NCBI GenBank assembly: GCA_951406725.2 | Contig: OX597814.1 | Location: 60,946,001-61,010,000 of the forward strand | DNA from: Octopus vulgaris | Lineage: Eukaryota | Length of the DNA stretch: 64,000 nucleotides | Direction of reading: 5' to 3' | Shown: positions 1 to 13,525 of the stretch, piece by piece | How the letters are laid out: every line of letters begins with the position of its first letter | Position numbering within the stretch: position 1 is the first letter of the stretch | Notes under the pieces: model-generated | The model's input: the letters and a program-made list of their open reading frames with translations, nothing else | Databases searched by the model: none | Told to the model about the DNA's origin: nothing | Program-made: the position numbers and the translations under genes

Positions 1-400
1 CTCTGTATGAACAGCTATGCTACATGGCAATAACACATGGGCTGTGACTATAGAAGACATGCAAAGACTTACAAGAAATGAAGCCAGCATGTTCCATGAG
101 ATGGATAATGTCACTGTGTATGTATGTCTAAGTGTAAATGATTTAGGAGAAAAATTGGGTATAAGAGGCATCAGATGCAGTGTGCAAGACAGAAGACTGT
201 GGTGGTATGGTCATGTGATGCATATGGATGAGGTCAATATTTAATTGTGGAGAGAACCAGTGGAAGGGGTAAACCTAGGAAGATGTAGGACATAGTGGTG
301 AGAAATGATCTTTAGATGTTGAACCCCACAGAGAAGACAAGGGACCAAGTTTTCTTGTGATTTATTGTACTTGAGAATTCATGTCGCGCTATGTAAAATT
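1..400 (+). mobile_element. Decayed 3' coding fragment of an RTE-clade LINE (window starts inside it)
   Basis: The translation MLHGNNTWAVT...EASM...IRCSVQDRRLWWYGHVMHMDE matches the C-terminus of the RTE ORF at 23855-24517 (MLHGSETWAVT...ERRLRWYGHVARMDE). It has stops and indels. Confidence 0.85.
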
Positions 401-967
401 GTGGGCATCTATACATACAGGCATATCATTTACGACCAAACCCCCCACACACACACATAATCTTTCCTCTGTTAAAATACTACTATGACCCATCTTCCCA
501 ACATACCCCATCCCACTACCTATAATCGCCACCCGCTACAGGCCCCCTCCACTTTCCCTCATGTGTCTATCAGCACTCTCTCCCTGTTCTAACAGATCTA
601 CCATAACCACCTCCCAGCCTCTCCATTTTCTCTCACCATCACTCACTACAACCATGTCTTTCCCATCCCTCAAGACCTCCCTCCACACTCTTCTCGAATA
701 TCCATCTCTATCCCCTCTGTACTTCTTTTATTCACCCGCCATTGTTCCCTATTGATAGGCTCCAATATATCTCCAACACCTATTTCTCTCACTCTTTCAA
801 TCTAATTGCCTCCCTAACTCTCTCTCCCCTTCCTCTCCTTCCTTGTCCTACTGGGGTAACCAAGTATCTCCTCTATAGTATGACAACAATTTCTGCCCCT
901 CTATTATACCCTTACCTCTCAACCTGGCTCACAGCCACTTCCCTCAGTTCCAATCCCTCTCTCAGCT

Positions 968-1170
968 GAGAGGTCTTTGTCTTGCAAGGTACTTGGCAAC
1001 ACCACTAGTTCCACATAAAAAGCACCCAGTACACTCTGTAAAGTGGTTGGCATTCAGACGGGCATCCAGCCATAGAAACCATACCAAAACAGACAAAGAG
1101 AGCCAGCTCCTGTTGAAACGTCCAACCCATGCTAGCATGGAAAACAGACATTGAAAGATGATGATGATGA
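968..1170 (+). mobile_element. RTE 3'-UTR fragment ending in a (GAT)n tail
   Basis: The sequence gggcatccagc...ccaacccatgctagcatggaaaac...gatgatgatga is the reverse complement of the RTE 3' end at 23228-23400. Many similar copies occur across the window. Confidence 0.8.
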
Positions 1171-1561
1171 GACAAACTAGAGTTAGAAGAGTTTATGATT
1201 TGATCATAGTTGATCTAATAGATCAGGGCTGTAAAGTCAAGACTGGAAGCAACTGTTGGATTACTGGATCAGAGTTGATAAAAATGTACCAACTCCAAAT
1301 CTTACAAAATGTAAACTGTAATATCACCGTATCCACCAGACTATCAGATGTTGTTATACACCACTGATCATGATGCACTTTTTCACAGGGTTACCGATTT
1401 ATAGCTGAGTCAGCTGGAGCAACATATAATAAAGTGTTTTGCTCAAGAACACACTGCGTAGCCAGTCTGGGAAATGAAATCACAATTCTGAGATTCTGAA
1501 TACAATTCTCTAACCACTAGTCCATATACCTTCACAAATTGTTATATACCACATTAAAATA

Positions 1562-1970
1562 AGGCAGTGAGCTGGCAGAATTATTAGCATGCCAGACAAA
1601 ATGCTTAGTGGCATTTCATCTGTCCTTGGGTTCTGAGTTCAAATTCCACCAAGGTCAACTTTGCCTTTCATCCTTCCAGGGGTTGATGTAATCAGCTTAA
1701 CCCTTTCCCCAAAATTGCTGGGCTTGTGCCAAAATTTGAAAGCATTATTTATATATGAGATAAGCTGGCAGAATTGTTAGCTTGCTGGGCAAAATGCTTA
1801 GTGGCTTTTTGTCTGTTTTTACGTTCTGAGTTCAAATTCCACTGAGGTCACCTTTGCCTTTCATCCTTTCAGGGCTGAATAAAATAAGTACCAGTTGAGC
1901 ACTGGAGTATATGTAATCAGCTTAGCCTCTTCCCCAAAATTGTTGGCCTTGTGCCAACATTTAACACCAA
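1562..1970 (+). mobile_element. Two tandem tRNA-derived SINEs with a Meta/Sauria-like central domain
   Basis: Each has a tRNA-like head (gagctggcaga...gagttcaaattcc, B box) followed by gcctttcatccttt...aaaataagtaccag. The family recurs dozens of times in the window. Confidence 0.75.
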
Positions 1971-3083
1971 TATACTACATTAAAATAGTTTTCTATGAAG
2001 AACAATCTGGTTGAGCAATTCTTTGTTTAAAAGCAAGATGCTAGAAAATTTGGGATTTGGATTTGCGATTTTAAACCATATGTTACCATATTCCTGTCTA
2101 TCTACACTACCTTTGTTTCAATTACTTTTCAAAATAATGAAGAATTTCGTAAAATAATTTGGTCATCATTAAACAGATAATTGGAACTGAAATTAACATA
2201 AAATTTTATTGTTAGATTTTTATTCAATTAACTTTTAAACAGGAAGTTTGTATCAGAGAATCAATAGCAATCTCAGGCAAGTTGGTCCCCTATTCTATAA
2301 ATATAACATTTCTTTAATAGATTTTGTAAGGACAGGCATTTCATTCCTATACAATATAATTTTTATTTCATTTAACATAATCTTTCATTCTACATTTACT
2401 TTAATTTTATATTCACACAATGCTGGCACAGGTGTGGCTATGGGGCAAGAAGTTTGCTTCCCAATCTCATGGTTCTGGGTTCAGTCCCATTGCATGGCAG
2501 TTTGGGTAAGCATCGTCTACTATAGCCTTAGGCCGACCAAAGCCATATGTGTAGGTTTAGTAGATGAAAAACTGAAAGAAGCCTGTCGTGTGTGTGTTAG
2601 TGTTTGTCCCACACTAATGCTTGATAATCAGTATTGACGTGTTTATATCTCTAACTTATTTCGGCAAATAGTATAAGTACCAGATTTAAACAAATATGTA
2701 CTGGGATTGACTCATTCAAGGCAGTGTCCCAGCATGGCCACAGTATAATGACTGAAGCAAGTAAAAGACATAAGAAGAATGCTTTAATCTCAAAAGCAAA
2801 GTGTTATGAATCTATTTGAGTTTATTTCTTTTAAAATGGTCATTTGTTAATCTTTTAGATTTAATCTTAATGTACTTAGATTTATGAACTGGTAAACAAG
2901 GATTTCCTTGATTCCTTTTTATAATACTTCTTAGTTTATTTCAGTTATATCCTTAGAGATGTTTGTAACTTCTCTGATAAATCGAAACCACAACCCAACC
3001 TGCTAAAGTTTGGGTTTTAAAGCTAAAGGTATGCTATCATCATCATTTAACATCCGTTGTCCCTGCTGGCATGGGTTAGCATA

Positions 3084-3121
<38 letters not shown>

Positions 3122-3430
3122 GGTAGCCATGCACCTCCTCTGCAGCAAGACACCTGTTTCTGTCTCTCTATCACATTCTCATCTTTCATCATCTGGCAAG
3201 AGATCGCCTCCTCCAATATCCCCTCCCCTCTCGAAGGATCTTTATCTTGCAAGTTACTTGATGGCCCTGCCAGTGCTGGTGCCACCTAAAAAGTCCACAC
3301 TGTAAAGTTGGTTGGCATTCGGAAGGGCATCCAGCTGTAAAAACCATGCCATCTTCTGCCTGGCCAGATCCTGTCAAACCATGGAAAGCTAATGTTAAAT
3401 AATAATGATGATGATATATATACATACATA

Positions 3431-3646
3431 GTTAATCCAAAACAAAAACAACAAAGAAAAAAAACAACAACGTGAGGACATGGCACATGCAAAGTATTAA
3501 AAGTCACTCAGGGAAGGAAAGAAAGGGTGTTTTACATTTCGAGCAAAGCTCTTCTTCAGGAACAGGAGACAGAGAAAAGTTCAAGAGAAGAGGAAGACAG
3601 AGGAAAAAAATTGCCAACAATCCACATGTAATTACAAGACACCCAC
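3431..3646 (-). mobile_element. Penelope-like terminal-repeat remnant with a minimal hammerhead-like motif (3529-3563)
   Basis: The minus strand reads gttc CTGAAGA a GAGC ttt GCTC GAAA tg TA aaac. The element is flanked by (TA)n. Related copies lie at 22300-22485 and 39875-40070. Confidence 0.6.
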
Positions 3647-3678
3647 ATGTATGTATGTGTATATATGTACATATTATA

Positions 3679-3722
<44 letters not shown>

Positions 3723-4851
3723 ATGTATATTCATGCATGTTTGTGAGGGCTCATGTTTTAGTAGTTAGGATATGTATGTATGCATGTATGTGTGTATGTA
3801 TGTGTATATGTATGTATAAGAAGCTAATTTTATATTCAAACAATGTAGGTTTAGGTATTTCTATGTAATAAGAAGTTTACATCCCAATCACATGGTTCTA
3901 GGTTCAGTCCCACTGCAGTAAGTGTGTTCTATTATAGCCTTGGGCCAACCAAAACCTTGTGAGCTAATGTTCAGTAAGTGGAATATTGGATGTGGATGTT
4001 TAGAGGATATCAAGTTTTACAAAATATTACTTGTATAACGACACTGCTCTAAGTTCTTCATTGTATAAGCTCTAAGTTATTATGTGCAAAGACTAAGTAA
4101 ACACTCTCATATATGTGGCTAATATAGCAGAAAAAAAATAGTAGTAGTAGTAGATATATCTTCTACATCTATCCTCCTACACTTTCTCTTCATCATCTTA
4201 GCCACACACACCACCACCACCACCTCACCTCATCTGCCAGATTGAAAAATTAACTCAAGGGAAACATTTGATAAAGGCTGTGCTGTTGTTTTATCTTGTT
4301 CATTACTGTCGCTTCTGAAATAGGTATTGATTTCTTTAAGCGTATGAAGAGAATGGCTAGGTTCATTATAGTCAGACAGGCTGCAGGACCATTAAGTCAG
4401 TGCCACTAACTTAGAACTGTGGCTGCATAGCAGAAGAAGACCAAATTATGTTTAGTCAATATTGTGTAGTCTTACAATAAAGTCATTCTTTTTCATGGAA
4501 TTGCAACAAACTATAAATGGTTCACTCTATGTGTGCTCATGCACAATACACACATGCACATACATATGCAAATATATATATAGTTAAATAAATATATATG
4601 AATATAAATATATGTGCATACATACATGTGCACAACTATTTTCATAATTAAATTTCTTCATAATTGTGCATATTTTTGGTTTGTGCAAATGTGTGTGCAT
4701 GTACATGTGTGTGTGTGTGTGTGTACATACATGCATACATAAATATTTACATATATATAAATAGATATACACTCATGTACAGATGCACTCACATTCATAT
4801 GTGTATATGTTCAGTTCTCTCTCTCTCACTCTGTCTCTCTCTTTCACTATA

Positions 4852-4910
<59 letters not shown>

Positions 4911-5289
4911 CACAGAAGAAGGTGTATGGTGTTACATTAAATAACAGACAATAACTTTGAAGTGTTGAGAAGTAAGGTTTTTCAAATTGCAGTGAAAATA
5001 TAATCGTTTCATATAGAGAGACATTAGAGATATTGAAGACTGAAGAGGTCAGTATTAAAGGTTAAATGGAATTTGATTTTAAGTATAGATAATTTAGAAT
5101 GGGTTGGCCATTGTGTAATCATCCCTTATATAATTATACCTCTTATCTCCTCTCATAGCCCCTATCCACTCTGGCCAAACCAAATAGTTCTTCATTACTT
5201 TTTCATGAGTAATTCCACTCCATTCATTATGGAGACCTCTTGAACCATAAAAATTGTCCTTAGCCTTTGGGTGTGCATATGTGTATGTA

Positions 5290-5326
<37 letters not shown>

Positions 5327-5649
5327 TTGTATTTGTGATTGTTTAATGTCCATTTGTCCTTGCTTGTACAAGTTAGATGGAATTTGTTAAAGTAGATTTT
5401 CTATGGCCAGACAGCCTTCCCATCACCAACCCCGTCCGTTTCCAAGCAAGACAACATTTTCCCATATTTTTCCACGGAAGTCTGGAAACAAAGTGCATCA
5501 CTTGTATCATGGTGATGCTCAGTTACAACCATTACATGATGTCAAGACAAGGATAAACATACACACATACACACACAGACATATATATGTATCTGTCTAT
5601 CTTGCTGTCTGTTTCCTCTCTCACTCTCTCTCACTCTCCTTCCCCATCA

Positions 5650-5681
<32 letters not shown>

Positions 5682-7002
5682 GTTACTCGTTTCTGTCATT
5701 AGACTGTAGCCATGCTGGGGCACTGCCCTGAAGAATTTAAGTTGAACTTATCAACCCCAATACTCATTTTTTGTAAAGCCTGGTACTTATTCTATTGGTC
5801 TCTTTTGTCAAACCACTTAGCTACAGGGACATAAACACACCAACATTGGTTGTCAAGTGGTGGTGGGGAGTACAAAGCCCCACCATAAAGACACATGCAC
5901 ACAGATATACATATGCATATATATGACAGGGTCTCTTTCAGTTTCCATCTATCAAATCTGCTCACAAGACTTTGGTTAGTCCCAGGCTATAGAAGAAGAC
6001 ACTTGCCCTAGGTGCCATGCAATGGGACTGAAACCAGAGCTATGCAGTTAGGAAGTAAGCTTCTTACCACACAGCCACACATAATTTTTTTTTCTGCAGT
6101 TCAAAAACTTTGTCTTAATGATACTTTGATGTTGACGTTGATTCATAGAGTGAGTTCTTTAGTCAGCCAATGTCTTTCATTTTTATAATAAAATATATAT
6201 TTTATATTGAAATATATATTGAAATAAAATATCTATATCATTATGTAAATACATTTACTAATGTCTTTGTCAGTCTGGGTGGGCCAGTATTTCCATCTCA
6301 AAAGTTCCTCTCCAAGACACAGACCTAAGCAAAGTTTTATCGCAGAGCAACAGTTGTTTATGCAACAAATCTGCAATATCTTCATCTAACCTATGCGCGC
6401 ATGGAAAAGTAGATGTTAGAACAATGATGATGGTGTGTGTGTCTGTGTGTCTCCTTGTCTTGACATCTTGACATTGCTAGTGTTGTAAATGGATGTCATT
6501 TATTTCCAGTGTTCTGTGAAAATATGTCTGGCCATGGGGAAGTATTACCCTCTATGGAAACATGTAAGGAGTGGTGACAGGAAGGGCATCCAGCTCTAGG
6601 AAATCTTCCTCACTAAAGTCCATCTCACTCATATAAATACCAAAAAGTGGACATTAAAAGGACAATAGGAAGAGAAGGAGGATATATGCATGGATGGATG
6701 GACACACAAACAAACAAGCACTCACATATTAAGGCAGAGTAAATGAGAACATACATATTCTGTGTTAGAACAACTTACTTGTATTCAATTAAGTGTCACT
6801 AACTCATAAAGGTCATTAGGAAAACATCATCATCAATACATGGGAAATCGATAGTTTTCGAAAAGAAGTTAAAAACACAAGACTAGTTTGTGTCACCTGT
6901 TTTATTCTAATTCTTGAAATTTTGCTCAATCAGCCAAACTTCTGACTTCAAAAGATATAATTAATATGTATGTATGTATATATATATACACATATATATA
7001 TA

Positions 7003-7862
7003 CAAGGTGCAATGAATAATCTGTCGTCTAAATTACACAAAAATGAAACTAACACTGACATCTCATTTTAACAGATATATTTACCAATATTACATAAAAA
7101 TATCTTCAAATACTAAAGAGTAAATTTATTCAATAAAATCACCATTGGCTTCAACCATGGGCTCCAGACAACTTCGGAATCTCCTACAGCTCTTCTGGAT
7201 GGTCTCCTTGTTTAAGTTGGTGATTGTTGCCATAATCATTGCCTTCAGTTCATCTTTGGTGTTACAAGGAATTTTGTTGGTTTCTCACTCAACATAATAA
7301 TCAAGGGGGTTGCAGTCTGAGAAGTTAGTGGCCAGATGTTAGGGGTGATGTACTTTGCAGAAATTGTCTGACAGCCATGACCAGGTTCTCCTGCTTGTGT
7401 GGCATGGTGCAGAGTCTTGTTGCCGGACATAGATCTTCCAGCAGCCACCCTCTTGACCCAGGGCAGTACTACCTCCTCCAGGCACTTGATGTAGGCCTCC
7501 ATGTTGAGTCTGAGGCTGTGTAGGAAGATGAATGGAGGCATAACATCATCATCACTAGTGATCATTCCAAACACCATGAAGTTGACTTGATGTTTGATTT
7601 TTATCACTCTCAGTACATGTCCTCATATTGACACCCGAACAGTCTGAAATGTTCATATTTGAGCTTTCAGTGCAAATGCCAAGAAGTACAGCGTGTTGTT
7701 TCCAAATTTCTGGCGGAGTGAATTACGTCATGGTACTGTTTTTCTCACAGATGGTGCCCAATTGACCCTAATATACTGTGTAGTCAACAAAATCAAAAAC
7801 AAAGAATGTGCATGTGCAAAATTAAAAATATAAAATAGTGTTGCTTTTCCCATTGCACCCTG
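7003..7862 (-). mobile_element. Internally deleted Tc1/mariner-superfamily DNA transposon (DDxD type), decayed
   Basis: The termini are TA|caaggtgcaatg and cattgcaccctg|TA. The minus strand encodes transposase remnants: MVFGMITSD..MPPFIF..LRLN.EAYIKCLEEVVLPW, QQDSAPCH-like and NIWP..SDCNPLDY-like motifs across frameshifts. Confidence 0.8.
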
Positions 7863-8167
7863 TATGTGTACATATATATATCATCATTATCATCACTTAA
7901 CATCTATTTTCCATGCTAGTATAGGTTGGATGGTTTGACTGAAAACTGGTAAGCCGGGGAGCTGCACCAGGTTCTAATCTAATTTGACATGGTTTCTACA
8001 GCTGGATGCCCTTCCTAAAACCAGCCACTCCAAGAGCGTAGCAGGTGCTTTTTATATGCCACTGGTGCTAATGATGGACCACCGGCATCAGCTATGACTG
8101 CGATCTCACTTGGCTTACCAGGTCTTCTCAAGCAAAGTATATTGCTAAAGGTCTCAGTCTCTTGTCA

Positions 8168-8204
<37 letters not shown>

Positions 8205-8206
<2 letters not shown>

Positions 8207-8560
8207 CACAGGTGTGGCTATGTGGTAAGAAGCTTGCTTCCCAACAACGTGATTCCAGGTTCAGTTCTACTGTGTGGCTTCTTGAGAAAGTATCTTCTAC
8301 CTTAGCCTCAGGCTGACCAAAGCCTTCTGAGTGGATTTCATAGATGGATATTGAAAGAAGCCCATCAGATATGTGTGTGTGTTTGTCCCCTACCACTGCT
8401 TAACAACTGGTGTTGATGTGTTTCCACCCCTGTAACTTATTGGTTTGTCAAAAGAGACCATTAGAATAAGTCCTAGGCTTTAGAAAAAATATCCTGACGT
8501 TGATTTGTTTGTGCTCCAGCATGGCCACAATCAAATGACTGAAACAAGTAAACAATAAAA
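8205..8560 (+). mobile_element. tRNA-derived bipartite SINE (head, internal TG microsatellite, tail)
   Basis: It starts ggcacaggtgtggctatgtggtaagaagcttgc...ggttcagt (A/B boxes) and ends cagcatggccacaatcaaatgactgaaacaagtaa. Further copies are at ~2425-2770, 8985-9370, 21840-22170 and 56975-57360 (+), and at 5680-6080, 20480-20905 and 62570-62930 (-). Confidence 0.75.
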
Positions 8561-9616
8561 GATATATATATATATATTACATATGTATATATTTGAATGT
8601 ATGTGCATATGTACATGCAGAAATACATTTGTATGTAAGTGTATACATAGACACATACATCCATAGGCACATATATTTGACCTTCAAATCTTTTTCCACA
8701 GTGAATTTAAATCTATAACCTACACTGTTTCTATGATTAGTATTTATTTTCACTCGGGAATTAATTAAGTGAATTTCTAAAGTAATACTTGGAATTATAG
8801 ATGATAAAATAACACCGCAACCATTAATAATGATTGAATGCCACAAAATATGGTTAGAATTAACATAAAAGTTTGATATTCTTTTCTCTATTCTTCTGAA
8901 TGTTTTGTCCATAATTGTTAGAGAGTGTATTACAGTATTATTCACTGATAATCTTTTGTCTGTACAGATATTGTAATCAACAAAGGCACAGGCATGGCTG
9001 TGTGGCAAGAAGCTTGCTTCCCAACCACATGGTTCCAGGTTCAGTCCCACTGCATGGCAAGTGTCTTCTATTATTGCTTGGGATGACCAAAGCCTTGTGA
9101 GTGAATTTAGTGGGCAAAAATTGAAAGAAGCCTGTCATATATATATGTGTGCGTGCTTGTGTTTGTCCCCCACTACCACTTGAATACCGGTGTTTGTGTG
9201 TTTACATCCCTGTGAGTTAGGAGTTTGGTAAACAGAGACCAGTAAAATAAGTATCAGGCTTTGAAAAAAAAAAAACATATAAATACTGGGGTTGATTCAT
9301 TTGACTGCAAATTCTTCCAGGTGGTGCCTTAGCATGGCTGCAGTCTAATGACTGAAACAAGTATATGATAAAAAGGTAAAACAATATTGAACTGCAATCA
9401 TCAATCTTCTTGTTGTTATTATTGTTGTTTACCCTGAGATTAACCTTGGTTGAATAGATATGATGGATCAAATGCATTACAACTATTGAGTATCTTGTCA
9501 TTTAAAAAAAAAAATTCTGGCATTTTGTATCTAATACTATTGCTTTCATAAGCATTTAGGTTTGAGTTAAAGAAATTCCTGCTCTTATTTCTAGCAAATT
9601 GAGTGACAATATATAT

Positions 9617-9944
9617 CAGAGGTTCTTAACTGGGGTCCATATGGCCCCTGAGGGTCCTTATTGAATTTTTGGGGTTCAATGAAACAAAATAGTAAATTGG
9701 GAATCCACAATAGTATTTTAAAGGCCCCTGAAAAAATTTTTCTTTAGATGTATGTATTGGTATGTATTGCAAGAAACATCTAGATTTCTTCAACCTACAC
9801 AAGTTAATGTATTAAAAACAAAATAGGAATTTTGAAAGAAATTTCTATAAAACCAGTTTTTAGACATCAAATGGCTATGGGGATCCACCAGAAAAAAATA
9901 GTAATCAAGGAGGTTCATAGATAAAAAATGGCTGAGAACCCCTG
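9617..9944. mobile_element. hAT (Charlie-like) non-autonomous MITE
   Basis: The TIRs are CAGAGGTTCTTAAC / GCTGAGAACCCCTG and the 8-bp TSD is ATATATAT / ATATAGAT. Related partial copies lie near 10728-10975 and 62930-63100. Confidence 0.75.
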
Positions 9945-10105
9945 ATATAGATCCTCTCTTAATGGTTTGACAATGTCAGTTTTTGGTGTTGTGTTTGTGG
10001 ATAAATTAGCATTAATACTGCTTGTCAGAGTACATCCATCTGACAATCAGGTACCATTATGAACAAATGTATCAGTATAAAGTTACACAACTTGCTAAAA
10101 GAAGC

Positions 10106-10169
<64 letters not shown>

Positions 10170-10173
<4 letters not shown>

Positions 10174-10600
10174 CAGTTGTCTTAAAAAAAATTTTCATAG
10201 GACACCCACAATGAAGTATTGACCTCAGATGTGGGATGGTGCTGCTACTGCACACTCTGATATTCTTGGCTACATGCAGAAATGTGCCACCTGATTGTTT
10301 GGCACTAAGCCACTAACAGACATGCTCCAGCCCTTGGCCCACAAGTGTGCAGTATCCTGACTCTGCCTTTTTTACTACTACCACACTACCATAATGGCCT
10401 CTTCTTTTTAGAGCTGGCTAGGCTCGTACCACCTCCATTCAAGCACTCCCAAGCAAGTTGGCTCTCTTCCTCTGGTCCCCCTCATTGTGTTCCATTTTCC
10501 AGGATCCATTCTGGTCACTGTACCCAGTCCTTTCTTCCTAGAACAAGGATAGGCCCTTTGGAATTCCTTCCCTGTTCATATTTTTGCAGCAAGTATTGAC
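10170..10600 (+). mobile_element. Decayed CR1/L2-group LINE 3' coding fragment
   Basis: PTMKY*PQMWDGAA resembles the (Y)KAQ(V/I)RP..EYC.H(I/L)W motif that follows the RT domain in CR1-group LINEs. The same family is at 61740-62085. Confidence 0.6.
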
Positions 10601-13229
10601 TTACAAAAATTCAAGAGGAATATTAATGGTACCAAACTCACTGGTCTATGAGGACATGTGAAGACCATGGTCACCACATCTTCCTCCTGACCTAGTAAGT
10701 TTAAAAAAAAAAAAGGTAACATTAAACCAGCAATTCCAAGCCTGAGTCCATATGACCCTAGGGATGCATATAAGATGTCTTTTTTTTAAATTAATGTTCA
10801 ATAAATTGCTTATACTTCTTCAAACATCAAATATCTTAATTTTTTTATGCAATTCCAAATATTTAATTCTAAAAATATAATAGAATTTTTTTTAAACATC
10901 CAATGGGTACATGGGTCGACTTGAGTAAAATAGGAATCAAAGAGGTTCATAGACAAAAAATGACTGAGACCACTGCATTAAACAATATAGTCTTAGATCT
11001 ACAAAATGATGAGATGGTCATGGTCGGAATGCTTTTCATTATAAGTCTAGTCAAGGCTAATCTGGAGGCTAAACAACAACAAATTCCATTTCTTAAAAAA
11101 TCAAATTTCTTCAATAGTTTGCATAAGTACAAATCAGTAAAAAGAAAAATTGAAATAGGAAAAAGCTGAGAAGAAGGGATAAGAAATTGTTGAAAGAGAA
11201 ACAGTTCTTATCACATAGTTTTGTTACAGGATCGATAAATAGTTGCAAATCTAAAATAAATCTTTGTCTAAATGGTTATTTGAAATGGAGCCATCACAAG
11301 CAGATTTTTGTAACAAAATTCATTACACATTACACTTTACAGTTCAATATTCGTAGATTTGCTTCACTAGCAAAATTTTCATGAGTAGTATTTTTAACTC
11401 CTGGAGGAACACTGAAGAATACTAAAACTGACCCCAGTTGCTAGATATGGCAGCTAAATCTACTTCAAATCAATTCCTACAAATATACTAAATAAAATAT
11501 GCCTAATAATAAGATAGGATGGCCACAGCTTGAATGCTTTTGACCAAAAGCCTTCACAATCTAAGCTACCGATATTGGAGCTCAGCAACAACATTACTGA
11601 AGGAAAATGAAGTAGAAACTGCAAGCCATTTGTTATTAATGTTATTATGGCAAAATCCATATCTGGACCCAAATTATATTCATACATCCATCACAAATAG
11701 CTGTAGCTTCTTTTTTAATCTTTTTTTTTTCATCCTTTCCTTCAAACATGCATCAAAATCAATGAGAGTGACCATCATCATTATTATTGTAGTAGGATGA
11801 GGAGGAGAGCTGGTAGAATCATTAGCACACCAGACAAAATGCTTAGCAACATTTTGTCTGGTTTTACATTCTGAGTTCAAATGCTGCCAAGGTTGACTTT
11901 GCCTTTCATCTTTTCAGGGTCAATGAAATAAGTATCAGTCTAGCACTGGGATCAGTGATTTCAACTTACCCACTTCCCCTAAGATTGCTGGAGTTGTGCC
12001 AAAATTTGAAACCACTATTATTATTAATATTATTTTTATGTTTTACTATCACACATGGCCTAGTGGTTAGGACGTTGCACCCACGATTGCGAAATTGTGA
12101 TTTCAATTCCAAGACCTGGTGGTGCATTGAGTTTTTGAGCAAAACATCATCTCACATTGCTTTGTGATCACTTTGACACCACCCGACATGTGGCACACCA
12201 TGCATATGTACAGGCAATGTCAGTTTGATGGAGGAAGTGAGCTAACGTACAACATACATTTGATCTCTATAAACAAATCACTTGTACAGGTCGTTTGGCA
12301 AAAGCTGAATATTCATACATTGTCTTTGACTGGAGAGTCCATCATTATTACTTTAAATGTGTGGTGGTTGAATCATTCAAGCTTCACAATAAATGCCCTA
12401 TGGTATTTAGTTAAGTTGCTTTTCAGTTTGAGTTCACATCCCATCAAGGGGAAACTCATGATATTTATTATCAAACATGTCACCAGAGGTTGTTGGTTAA
12501 CTTGGTGGTGCAGAAAGGAAATGTTTGGTTAGCATCAGTACTAAAGGGTTATGTAAAGGTATTAACTTATGTACATATTATGTAAAGGTATTAACCTATG
12601 TACATACTATAACAGTATTAACCTATGTACATATTAAGCAACATCATCATCATCATGGTCATCATCATCATAACCATCTTTATAATTCTTTTCTCTACTG
12701 CAATATTGTTGTTTAACTCCAAGCCAACTGTAATCAAGGAAATCCATGATCAGTGGCATTTCAGCCATACCAGCCTAATTTTTCTCTTGCACTTAGTGTA
12801 CCAAGGACTACATTATTCAATGTGTTTATCTCTTTTCATGTATTTTAAGTTCAAATTCCATCAAGTTCAGCTTTATTTTTCAAACTTAAAACCAAAAAAC
12901 AAAGCATTGGAGTGAATTCATTTGACTAAAAATTCTTCAGAGTGATGTCCCAGCATGGCTACAGTCTAATGGCTGAAACAAGTAAGAGAAAGGTAGTGGG
13001 CATAATGCCTTGCCATATTTGTTCCTGATCTTTGCTGTCTGAGTTCTTATCCTGTCATGGGTAGTAGATATACTCCATCACTCAGTTTGATACAGCCACT
13101 TGGTCCATGGCTTCCTTCAGTAGAATCCACTCTGTTGCAATTTTTATCCAGGCCTCTAGTGTAAGGATGCCTTCCTCCCATTACTCTTGGCAGTATATTA
13201 ACCTGGCATTCCTTTGGTTACAAGGAGAG

Positions 13230-13525
13230 TTCTGGTTGATCCAATGAACAGAACAGCTTGTTCATGAAATTAACATGCAAGTGGCTGGTCACCCCACAGA
13301 CATGCATACCCTTAACATAGTTTTGAGGGAGATTCAGCGTGACACAATGTGACGTTGCTAGCCCTTTGAAATACAGTTACAACTAACTTTTGCCAGCTGA
13401 TTGGACTGGAGTAATGTTAAATGAAGTATCTTGCTCAAGAACACAATACACTGCCAGGAACCAAACTCATGACCTTGCAATCATGAGTCAAATACCCCAA
13501 CCACTAAGCCATGGGCCTTCACTTG
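13230..13525 (-). mobile_element. Third tRNA-derived SINE family
   Basis: The reverse complement reads ggcttagtggttggggta...gagtttggttcc...cttgagcaagatact. It is homologous to 55125-55415 (+). Confidence 0.65.

Noticed and set aside
1562-1660. tRNA genes
   Set aside because: The A/B-box segments are SINE heads. They do not form a complete cloverleaf and are always followed by the SINE body.
4228-4380. About 50-codon minus-strand frame after ctgcag (LSDYNEPSHSLHTLKEINTYF...)
   Set aside because: It is short, the pyrimidine tract is weak and no motif is recognisable, so it is compatible with chance.
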